Assembly: GCA_902563105.1 (NCBI GenBank)
Contig: CACEVU010000001.1
Span: 221,649 to 285,648 of the forward strand
Source of the DNA: an uncultured SAR86 cluster bacterium
Lineage (GTDB): Bacteria; Pseudomonadota; Gammaproteobacteria; Magnimaribacterales; AG-339-G14
Length of the DNA: 64,000 nt
Direction: 5' to 3'
Made by a program: the position numbers and the translations under genes. Shown here in pieces: positions 28,263 to 36,409 of the stretch (within the stretch, counting starts at the first letter, position 1; every line of letters starts with the position of its first letter). Under the pieces are notes generated by a model that ran no database searches, had not been told where the DNA came from, and saw nothing but the letters and a program-made list of their open reading frames with translations.

Positions 28263-29068
28263 AGGTTAAATTCAGTCCAAACAGGGGCATGATCCGAAGG
28301 TTTTTCCATTCCTCTTATTTCATAGTCAATGTCAGATTCTGATGAAAGCTTTAAAAGTGATTCTGTAACCCAAAGGTGGTCAATTCTAAGTCCTCTTTTG
28401 GGGTTATCATCGAATCCTCTACTTCGATAGTCAAACCAACTAAATCTATCATTGGATTCAGGAAAAAATTTTCTGTAAGAATCATAAAAACCCCAGCTTT
28501 TTATCTTACCTAGCCATTCTCTTTCTTCAGGAAGAAAACTACACTTTCCAGTTGCTAGCCATCTTTTTCTATTATTTTCTCCAATACCAATATCAATATC
28601 TTGAGGAGAAATATTGAGATCTCCAAGAATGATAAGATGATCCTTTGGAGAGAAATTTTTAAGATAGGTCATTAAATCTTTAAAAAATTTTTCTTTATAA
28701 GGAAATTTTTTTGGATGATCTCTGCTTTCTCCTTGAGGGAAATAACCATTTATGACGGTAATCTTTTCATTGGAAAAAGTATGAGTAGATGAAATTAAAC
28801 GACATTGTGCGTCTTCTTTATCTGTAGGAAATCCAATCTGAAATTCTATCGGTTTTGATTTATAAAGTGTTGCTACTCCATAGTGTCCTTTTTGGCCATT
28901 TATCAATGCTTCATAACCAAGTTCATTTATGCTTTCCATTGGAAAATTTTCATTGTCTACTTTTGTTTCTTGAAGGCAGATTATTTCAGGAGAATGCTTA
29001 TTTATAAGTTCGCTCAGTTGATGCAATCTAGCGCGTAAGCCATTTACATTGAAAGAAAATATTTTCAT
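28259..29068 (-). CDS. xthA: exodeoxyribonuclease III
   Basis: 269 aa. It has MKIFSFNVNGLRARL, ICLQETK and SDHAPVW. Confidence 0.92.
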   Translation of the reverse strand: MKIFSFNVNGLRARLHQLSELINKHSPEIICLQETKVDNENFPMESINELGYEALINGQKGHYGVATLYKSKPIEFQIGFPTDKEDAQCRLISSTHTFSNEKITVINGYFPQGESRDHPKKFPYKEKFFKDLMTYLKNFSPKDHLIILGDLNISPQDIDIGIGENNRKRWLATGKCSFLPEEREWLGKIKSWGFYDSYRKFFPESNDRFSWFDYRSRGFDDNPKRGLRIDHLWVTESLLKLSSESDIDYEIRGMEKPSDHAPVWTEFNL

Positions 29069-31107
29069 TTAAAATTAAAACTCGAAAGCCTTTTTGGTTT
29101 ATCAAAGTTAATTTGATCAATCAAAATCCTTGCCGCCTCTTCTAAAACCATTTTTTCAGAAAATTCATTTATTTCTTCAGGATCTGCATCAAGAAACTCT
29201 TGATAGTTTAAATATGGTTTTAAGCCTACTGAAACTCTAAATCTATTTTCTATAAAAAGCCTTTTTTCTTCTTGAGATACTTTTTCAGATTTCCTCAATT
29301 GATAGTTTACTGGGATTAATTTTTTGTCCATTTCTCTTTTGTTATGTACTTTTTGACTTTCTATATATTCATTTAGATTTGAATCGGAAACTCTTTTTTT
29401 TGAAAAACTTTGTATCATTTCAATGTTAGAGTTTGAAATAAAAGGTTCAAACTCTACAGATGAAATATCATCATATGGTAAAGAATTTTCCAGTGTGACT
29501 TCTCCAATTTCATCGCTATCAAAAACAAAGGGAAGATTGATATCTGGAACCACGCCCATGTTCTGAGTGCTTTTACCAGAAACTCTATAAAACTTTTGCT
29601 CAGTAAACTTTAATTGTCCATAAGAAAGATTTTCTAATCTTTGAACAGTACCTTTGCCGAAAGTGCTAGATCCTACAATCAAACCTCTTTTATAGTCTTG
29701 GAATGCTCCTGCAAGAATTTCTGATGCAGAGGCACTCAATTTATCAACCAAAATCATCACAGGACCGTCATAATTTTGAATGCCCCTAGTATGACCTAAC
29801 GGCTGGATAGAACCATTCGATTCCATTACTTGGACCACACTTCCTTTTCCAATAAAAAGTTTTGCTAAGGAATAAGCTTCATACAATGAACCTCCAGAAT
29901 TACCCCTTAAATCAAGAATTACTCCGTCAACTTTTTCTTCCTTTAATTCTCTTAATAGTTTTCTGACATCTTTGGAACTGCTTTTATAATTAAATTGATT
30001 TTTGCTGAAAGCGTCGAAATCCATATAAAAAGCTGGTAAATCGATAACTCCAATGTTGTATGATTTGTTTGGTCTAAAAATCTCTACCTTTTTTTTCTTG
30101 GCAGCTTGATCCTCAAGCTTTACCAAGCCTCTGGTAATCTCAATTACTCTACCTAATACATCGTCAGAAGATGAATTTGAAATAATCTCTAGCCTTACCT
30201 TGCTATTTTTTGGACCTCTAATTAATCTTACTACCTCGTCAATTCTCCAATCCCTTATATCTTCAATCTCATTTTCAGGCAAAGAAGCCACGCCAACTAT
30301 TTTATCGTTTACTTTCAATAATCCCGATTTATCTGCTGGACCGCCTGGAATTAATCTGACTATTTTTGTTATGCCGTCTTCAGTTGATAAGATAGCCCCA
30401 ATTCCTTCCAGAGACAAACTCATGTTTATCTCAAAATCTTCTTGAGACTTTGGCGATAAATAATTTGTATGAGGGTCGTAAAGAGAAGTAATTGAGTTCG
30501 TATATAAAGAAAAAATATCATCTGACTTAATCCTATTTAAACTTTTAATTCGGTTATCCAGTCTTTTAAGTAATTTGTTTTTAGTATTTTCAAAACTAGT
30601 ATTTGATAAAAGTATGCTTATAAACTCATTTTTTATGATCAGAGTTTGATATTTTTTGATTTCATCCAGTGAAGCAAATCTTTTTTTATCTTCTCTTGAT
30701 TTATCGACAAAATCGATTGTATTGAGATCATTAGCATTAAAAATATTACTGACAATTTCTTTCTGGTGATTAATCAATTCCAAAGATCGATCTGAGTAGA
30801 AATGATAAATATCGAATATTTTTTCTACATCAAAAATATTTTCAAATTCTTGAGATAGTGAATCAACTTCATCCAAAGAAAAAATAATTTTTTCTTTATC
30901 AAGATTGACGAAGAAATTACCAATTACTTCACCTTCAGAAATTTCAATATTTTTTTTAAAATGATTTCGATTCAGAATCTGGACAATTTCAGATATGACT
31001 AACTTATATTGTTTTTTTGCACTGAGATTTTCTTCTGCGAAAACGCCTATAGAAAAAGAAAGTGAAAGTATAAAAGCTGTATATTTTAAGATGTCTCTTA
31101 GAAGCAT
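29065..31107 (-). CDS. prc: tail-specific (C-terminal processing) protease, S41 family
   Basis: 680 aa. It has a signal peptide and a PDZ-like region (GGPADKSGLLKVNDKIV). The S41 core is SASASEILAGAFQDY...TFGKGTVQ. Confidence 0.9.
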   Translation of the reverse strand: MLLRDILKYTAFILSLSFSIGVFAEENLSAKKQYKLVISEIVQILNRNHFKKNIEISEGEVIGNFFVNLDKEKIIFSLDEVDSLSQEFENIFDVEKIFDIYHFYSDRSLELINHQKEIVSNIFNANDLNTIDFVDKSREDKKRFASLDEIKKYQTLIIKNEFISILLSNTSFENTKNKLLKRLDNRIKSLNRIKSDDIFSLYTNSITSLYDPHTNYLSPKSQEDFEINMSLSLEGIGAILSTEDGITKIVRLIPGGPADKSGLLKVNDKIVGVASLPENEIEDIRDWRIDEVVRLIRGPKNSKVRLEIISNSSSDDVLGRVIEITRGLVKLEDQAAKKKKVEIFRPNKSYNIGVIDLPAFYMDFDAFSKNQFNYKSSSKDVRKLLRELKEEKVDGVILDLRGNSGGSLYEAYSLAKLFIGKGSVVQVMESNGSIQPLGHTRGIQNYDGPVMILVDKLSASASEILAGAFQDYKRGLIVGSSTFGKGTVQRLENLSYGQLKFTEQKFYRVSGKSTQNMGVVPDINLPFVFDSDEIGEVTLENSLPYDDISSVEFEPFISNSNIEMIQSFSKKRVSDSNLNEYIESQKVHNKREMDKKLIPVNYQLRKSEKVSQEEKRLFIENRFRVSVGLKPYLNYQEFLDADPEEINEFSEKMVLEEAARILIDQINFDKPKRLSSFNFK

Positions 31108-31115
31108 TTAAATAT

Positions 31116-31997
31116 CTATAATCTATTATTTAATAAAACGTCCTTTTCAAACCACAAAGTATTTATCCATTCTTTGAATTCAGATCTCAAGACTTTATTC
31201 TGCAATAAATCTTTATCGCGAAATTTTTTTGGGATCTTTATTTCTTTAATAATTATTTTGGCTTTATTCATTCTTCCACACAAGTAATCCCAAAAACTTC
31301 TTTTTTTCGAATCAAATTTGATTGTAAAGTCTACTAAATAGTCTATTTTATTTACCAAACTTATTGCAGTCGCTAAACCTCCTTCTTTGGGTTTCAGTAA
31401 ATTCTCAAAAGGGCTTTTTTGATTCAAATGTTTTTTATGAGTAAATCTGGTGCCCTCTGCAAAACTAAATACTGTTACAGGATAAAGCGAATAATGTTTC
31501 AAAGCTCTTTTCATTTCATTGAAGTCTTTTCCTTTTAATTTAGGATTTTTACTTAATTGTTTTTGTGTATATCGTTTTAAAAAGGGCATGTCTAAGGCCC
31601 ACCAGGAAATTCCTATCACAGGAACATAAATTAAAACGTATTTCATAAAAAATTTCAGCATAGGCATCTTTCTGTTTGTAATGTCTTGTAGAAGGAAAAT
31701 ATCTGCAAATGATTGATGATTTGATGTTGCTATCGACCATCGTCCTAGTTTTATATTTTCTCTGCCAATTACTTCCCAATTAGGGCTGTGTAGAAGTTTT
31801 ACCCAGATTTTATTTATAAAAATCCATATTTCTCCAATTTTTATAATGAAATTTGTGAAAATAATTTTTAAACCTACGAAAGGTAAAAAAAATTTGATTA
31901 AACCCAAAGGTATCAATAAACAGGAAAGAACGATTGTATTTATTACAAGAATTGATATTGATAATAATCCAATTAAATTTTCAAATAAAAATTTCAC
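31116..31997 (-). CDS. lysophospholipid/glycerolipid acyltransferase (PlsC/YihG-like)
   Basis: 293 aa. It has N-terminal TM helices, SNHQSFADI (HX4D) and FAEGTR motifs. Confidence 0.75.
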   Translation of the reverse strand: MKFLFENLIGLLSISILVINTIVLSCLLIPLGLIKFFLPFVGLKIIFTNFIIKIGEIWIFINKIWVKLLHSPNWEVIGRENIKLGRWSIATSNHQSFADIFLLQDITNRKMPMLKFFMKYVLIYVPVIGISWWALDMPFLKRYTQKQLSKNPKLKGKDFNEMKRALKHYSLYPVTVFSFAEGTRFTHKKHLNQKSPFENLLKPKEGGLATAISLVNKIDYLVDFTIKFDSKKRSFWDYLCGRMNKAKIIIKEIKIPKKFRDKDLLQNKVLRSEFKEWINTLWFEKDVLLNNRL

Positions 31998-32377
31998 TTT
32001 GATTTCTCTGTTTTCTTAATTCTTTCCCAAGCTATTTTCTGATCTTCAATAGTATGAGGCTTTTTTTCTTCAAATACATAAGGATGTCTTCTCAAAAGCT
32101 TTTTACATAAGTTATCAACTACCTCGTCAAAGGCAAACTTTTTGTTTTCTTCTGCTATTTTGCTCTGCAAAACTATTTGAAGAAGCAAATCTCCAAGTTC
32201 TTCTTTAAGATTATCAAAGTCTCTATTTTTCATTGCGATATGAACTTCTTTTGCTTCTTCTAAAACAAATGGCTTTAGAGAATCCAAAGTTTGCGATTTA
32301 GTCCATGCGCAGCCAGAAATGGGGTCTCTTAATTCAGAAATTATACCTAAAAGCTTTTCAATATTAGTTTCACTCAC
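31994..32377 (-). CDS. mazG: MazG-type nucleoside triphosphate pyrophosphohydrolase (single domain)
   Basis: 127 aa. It has EEAKEVHIAM...EELGDLLLQIV (EExxE...ExxD) and RHPYVF. Confidence 0.8.
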   Translation of the reverse strand: MSETNIEKLLGIISELRDPISGCAWTKSQTLDSLKPFVLEEAKEVHIAMKNRDFDNLKEELGDLLLQIVLQSKIAEENKKFAFDEVVDNLCKKLLRRHPYVFEEKKPHTIEDQKIAWERIKKTEKSK

Positions 32378-32385
32378 AATGACTA

Positions 32386-33522
32386 CTAGTAGCCTGTGAG
32401 TTCGGCGTATCTATTTTTATGATAATCTGAATTTCCAAATATTTGTTCGGCAACTCTGGCTCTTTTTAGATAGAGCCCAATATCATATTCATCCGTAACG
32501 CCAACTCCGCCATGCATTTGGACTGATTCATTAGAAATTAAATGAAATACTTCACCAACTTTTGCTTTTGCCAAACTTGCTAATCTTTCAGAATCATTGC
32601 CACCTTCATCAAAAGAGGTAATAGATTCAACAACACACGACTTACAAAGTTCTAACTCTGAAAACATGATTGCTGCTCGATGTTGCAAAGCTTGGAAAGA
32701 ACCAATTTTTGAACCAAATTGTTCTCTTTCCTTAAGATAGTCAATTGTAATTTCGTAAGCTTCTAGAGCTCCTCCAAGCATTTCTGCCGATATAGCAGCT
32801 CTAGAAATATCTAGAACAGATTCAATTACTTCAAAACCTTGTCCTTCATCTCCAATCATACGAGAAGAATGAACTTTCACCTCATTGAATTTAATATTTG
32901 CAGCATTTCTAGAATCAACCATTTTAGTTGGAGTAACTTCTAATCCTTTTGAATCAGAATCTATTATAAAAAGACTTATTCCTGTTTTATCTCCAGGATT
33001 CTTAGAAGTTCTTGTTGCTACAATAAATTTATCAGCAAAGCCGCCATCCAAAACAAAAGATTTTTCACCTTTTATAATGTAATCTTCTCCAGCTTTTTCA
33101 GCTAGACAAGAAATATTAAGAGGAGCATGGCGATTACTTTCTTCAATTGCAAAAGAAAGTTTCAAACCAGTTTGAACCACTTTAGACAATATTTCTTTTT
33201 TAATTTCTTCATTTGCATGCTTGATTAAACTTACTCCAACAACCGCAGTCGAAAATAATGGAGAAGGAGTCAAAGTTCTACCGAGCTCTTCTAGAATTGA
33301 AGATATTCCCGCAACCCCAAAATTTGAACCACCATATTCTTCTGGAACTAGGATTCCCGTCCAGCCTAGAGATACCATTTCGCTCCAAACTTTTTCATCA
33401 TAGCAATTAGATATTTCACTATCTCTAATTTCTCTAAAATGTTTAGTTGGAGTCTTTTCAGCAGCAAATTTTTTTGCGCTATCTTTCAGAAAAATCTGCT
33501 CCTCATTTAAAATCAATGACAT
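32386..33522 (-). CDS. acyl-CoA dehydrogenase family protein lacking the canonical catalytic Glu
   Basis: 378 aa with ACAD fold motifs throughout. The C-terminal position of YEGT reads IFGNS. The IVD-type alternative position reads LDISR. Confidence 0.85.
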   Translation of the reverse strand: MSLILNEEQIFLKDSAKKFAAEKTPTKHFREIRDSEISNCYDEKVWSEMVSLGWTGILVPEEYGGSNFGVAGISSILEELGRTLTPSPLFSTAVVGVSLIKHANEEIKKEILSKVVQTGLKLSFAIEESNRHAPLNISCLAEKAGEDYIIKGEKSFVLDGGFADKFIVATRTSKNPGDKTGISLFIIDSDSKGLEVTPTKMVDSRNAANIKFNEVKVHSSRMIGDEGQGFEVIESVLDISRAAISAEMLGGALEAYEITIDYLKEREQFGSKIGSFQALQHRAAIMFSELELCKSCVVESITSFDEGGNDSERLASLAKAKVGEVFHLISNESVQMHGGVGVTDEYDIGLYLKRARVAEQIFGNSDYHKNRYAELTGY

Positions 33523-33544
33523 AACTTTCTCCCAAATTCAGTCT

Positions 33545-34762
33545 TTACTGAGGAAGGTCTAGAACTCTTTTGGCAATAATATTAAGTTGGACTTCAGATG
33601 TACCGCCTTCAATTGAATTTGCTTTAGTTCTAAGCCATTCTCTTGTGATTGCTAATTCAGCAGGGCCAAATCCTTCACCTTCCCAGCCAAGAGCCTTTGT
33701 ACCCATGGCCTCCAGCATTAATTCATATCTGAGTTTATTACTTTCGCTTCCATAATATTTGAACATTGAGGAAGCAGGGCTTGGTCCTGAATTAGATAAT
33801 TTACTTTCTTCGCTTGCTCTTTTCAAAGTCAAAGAGAAAGCATGCGAATTTATATCAAAAGAAGCAATTTTCTGTCTTAGAGCGGGATCTGCCAATTTTC
33901 CGTTTTCTTCACCTGCATATGTCTTAGCCATAGTAGCCATGCCAGAACTCACAGGTTGATCTTTCTTTTTCTTCGATGAACTACCACCGCCAAGGCCCAT
34001 ACCTGCTATCATATTTCTTTCATGTTGCAGAAGTCTTTTTGCAACATCCCAGCCTTTATTAAGATCACTTATAAGGTTTTCTTTAGGAACTACTGCATCA
34101 TCGAAAAAAGTCTCACAAAAAGGCGATTTGCCTGATATCAATTTTATGGGTTTAGTTGTCACTCCTGGTTGATCCATATCTATAAGTAAAAAACTGATTC
34201 CATCATGCTTTGGCTCTAAGGGACCGGTTCTCACTAAAGTAAAAATCATGTCACAGTCATCTGCATAAGACGTCCAAACTTTTTGACCATTAACTAAAAA
34301 ATGATCGCCTTTATCTTCTGCTTTCGTTTTTAAGCTTGCTAAATCCGAACCTGATCCGGGTTCGCTGTACCCCTGACACCAACGAATTTTACCTTTTACG
34401 ATATCAGGAATGTACTTCTTTTTTTGCTCTTCAGACGCAAATTCTAATAAAGCGGGACCAAGCATCCATATTCCAAAGCTTGACAAAGCAGGCCTAGCTC
34501 GAACGGCCATCAATTCTTCTTGAAGAATTTTATTTTCATCGAAACTTAGACCGCCTCCACCATATTCTTTAGGCCAAGTAGGGCAGGTCCAACCTTTTTC
34601 GCCCATTCTTTCTAGCCATAATTTAGCGTCTGGATGAGGGAATTTACAGTCTCTACCTCCCCAAACTACATCTCCTGGACCCATGGGTTTTCTCATTTCT
34701 GGCGGACAATTCTCTTCAAGCCAAGCTTTGGTATCTTTTCTAAAATTTTCTAAATTTTCCAT
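33545..34762 (-). CDS. acyl-CoA dehydrogenase
   Basis: I take the ATG at 34762 (MENLENFRKDTKAWLEEN) as the start rather than the tracked 34822. It has CQGYSEPGSGSDLASL and C-terminal SIEGGTSEVQ, so the catalytic Glu is present. Confidence 0.85.
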   Translation of the reverse strand: MENLENFRKDTKAWLEENCPPEMRKPMGPGDVVWGGRDCKFPHPDAKLWLERMGEKGWTCPTWPKEYGGGGLSFDENKILQEELMAVRARPALSSFGIWMLGPALLEFASEEQKKKYIPDIVKGKIRWCQGYSEPGSGSDLASLKTKAEDKGDHFLVNGQKVWTSYADDCDMIFTLVRTGPLEPKHDGISFLLIDMDQPGVTTKPIKLISGKSPFCETFFDDAVVPKENLISDLNKGWDVAKRLLQHERNMIAGMGLGGGSSSKKKKDQPVSSGMATMAKTYAGEENGKLADPALRQKIASFDINSHAFSLTLKRASEESKLSNSGPSPASSMFKYYGSESNKLRYELMLEAMGTKALGWEGEGFGPAELAITREWLRTKANSIEGGTSEVQLNIIAKRVLDLPQ

Positions 34763-34842
34763 AATTTTCTTTTTTGAATTTTTTAATGATTTATTATAGT
34801 TAAAGTAGTCTAATTGTAACAATCTTTAGCAAAAATTTTGCC

Positions 34843-35583
34843 ATGAACTTAGAATTTTTTATTCAAAATCCAGAACTTCTTTGGGTGTTTACGGTTTTTT
34901 ATGACCTAACTTTGGCTATTATTCTGTTTTATTTTTTTGGAAAAAATGGCTTATACACAGCAGTGATACTTGGAATTATTCTTGCAAACTTACAAGGAGG
35001 TAAAGTCAGTGAGCTTAATATTTTTGGCAATACTTTTGTTGTGAGCATGGGAGCAATAATGTATTCAGGAATATATTTCGCTACGGATTTATTGAATGAG
35101 AAATATGGGAGAGCGGAGGCTAATAAGGCGGTAATTATTGGAGCTGTCGCAAACGTAATTGTTATGTTCACTCTAGTTTTAAGTACATTCTATATGCCGT
35201 CCGGTATAGCTTCATCTGCTAACGAGGTTCATCAAGCTATTTCAACATTAGCGCTTTACTCCCCAATCTTTGTAATTGGGTCAATTACTGCTTATCTCAT
35301 TAGTCAAACTTTTGATGTTTGGATCTTTCATAAGATAAAAACTATTACAGGAGATAAGTACCTATGGTTAAGAAATAACGTTTCGACTCTAAGCTCACAA
35401 GCTTTAGATACTTTTATTTATACTTTTGTGTGGGTCATTGCAGGCCAAATGTCATTTGAAGTAGCTTTAGGTATTGCATTAACAAAGTACGTTTTTAAGT
35501 TTTTTATAGCAATTGTAGATACAATTTTTATCTATTTCGTGAGAAACTTCGATCCAAAAGATTTAAAGGCTGTAAATGGATAA
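34843..35583 (+). CDS. yhhQ: queuosine precursor transporter (YhhQ/DUF165 family)
   Basis: 246 aa, polytopic. YFATDLLNEKYGRAEANKAV and SQTFDVWIFHKIK are typical of YhhQ. Confidence 0.8.
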   Translation: MNLEFFIQNPELLWVFTVFYDLTLAIILFYFFGKNGLYTAVILGIILANLQGGKVSELNIFGNTFVVSMGAIMYSGIYFATDLLNEKYGRAEANKAVIIGAVANVIVMFTLVLSTFYMPSGIASSANEVHQAISTLALYSPIFVIGSITAYLISQTFDVWIFHKIKTITGDKYLWLRNNVSTLSSQALDTFIYTFVWVIAGQMSFEVALGIALTKYVFKFFIAIVDTIFIYFVRNFDPKDLKAVNG

Positions 35584-36409
35584 AATATCTTCTGTAAATA
35601 TTGTCTATTCCTCTACCAGAGACTACAAAGAAACCCTTCAAAGGTGTGAAAAGGTTTTAGAAGATTCTAAAGTCACCATAAAGCATACAATTGCAAATAA
35701 ATCAGAAAAAGATTTAAAAAAATTAGATTCTTCAACTGATCTAATTTTAGTTATCGGTGGAGATGGAACAATGATTGGCGCTATTCGTGATCTTTGTCAT
35801 TTAAAAATCCCTTTTTTGGGTATAAATATTGGTAAGTTAGGATTTTTAACAGATCTTCAACTCACTTCTTTAGAAATTGATCTGCCAAACATTCTATTTG
35901 GAGATTATCAAAAAGAATCAAGAAATATTTTAGAAATTTCCAATAAAGATGATTCATATAGGGCTGTAAATGAGGTGGTTTTGCATTCAGGAGAACTTGC
36001 TAAGATGACTAGCTTTTCTCTTTTCAAAAATAATAGATTAATTGCAAATCACAAATCGGATGGATTGATCGTAGCTTCAGCAACAGGATCCACAGCCTAC
36101 ATGTATTCTGGCGGTGGCCCAGTTCTTTATCCTACTCTGGATGTTTTTGCTATCATGCCAATGTTTTCTCACAGCTCTTCAACTAGACCTTTAGTAATTC
36201 CTGCAGAAAATGAGTTAGAGCTTAAATATGAACACGATGAGAAAGCCAAAGTCATTTTAGACGGTCATAATGAATTTGATTTAGAGTCAGGAGATTCTTT
36301 AAAAATAAAAAGTAGCTCAACAAGATATAATTTAATTCATCCAACAGATTATGATTATTTCGAAGCATGTAGATCAAAACTTTATTGGGGACTTCCAATT
36401 GTTAAATAA
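35576..36409 (+). CDS. nadK: NAD kinase
   Basis: 277 aa. It has GGDGTMIGA, NEVVLH and SDGLIVASATGSTAY. Confidence 0.9.
   Translation: MDKISSVNIVYSSTRDYKETLQRCEKVLEDSKVTIKHTIANKSEKDLKKLDSSTDLILVIGGDGTMIGAIRDLCHLKIPFLGINIGKLGFLTDLQLTSLEIDLPNILFGDYQKESRNILEISNKDDSYRAVNEVVLHSGELAKMTSFSLFKNNRLIANHKSDGLIVASATGSTAYMYSGGGPVLYPTLDVFAIMPMFSHSSSTRPLVIPAENELELKYEHDEKAKVILDGHNEFDLESGDSLKIKSSSTRYNLIHPTDYDYFEACRSKLYWGLPIVK

Noticed and set aside
34763-34822. A 20-aa N-terminal extension (MLQLDYFNYNKSLKNSKKKI) of the acyl-CoA dehydrogenase.
   Set aside because: It is a low-complexity A/T-encoded peptide. The ACAD-like sequence begins at MENLENFRKDTKAWLEEN. Using ATG 34762 also leaves an 80-nt divergent promoter region shared with yhhQ.
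34763-34842. A possible preQ1 riboswitch upstream of the queuosine-precursor transporter yhhQ. It would be a hairpin TTAAAG...CTTTAG followed by the A-rich tail CAAAAAUUUU.
   Set aside because: The stem is weak (A/U plus one wobble pair). The 18-nt loop lacks the conserved preQ1-I loop sequence as I remember it, and the tail lacks the CUA pseudoknot element. A covariance-model scan (Rfam RF00522/RF01054) would be needed, and I expect it to be negative.
36351-36398. ATG 36351 as the start of the Wza-like gene, which would overlap nadK by 59 nt.
   Set aside because: The 16 extra residues (MIISKHVDQNFIGDFQ) precede a perfect signal peptide and lie inside nadK. TTG 36399 gives a standard N-terminal signal and an 11-nt overlap. 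This is not proven, and only N-terminal proteomics would settle it.
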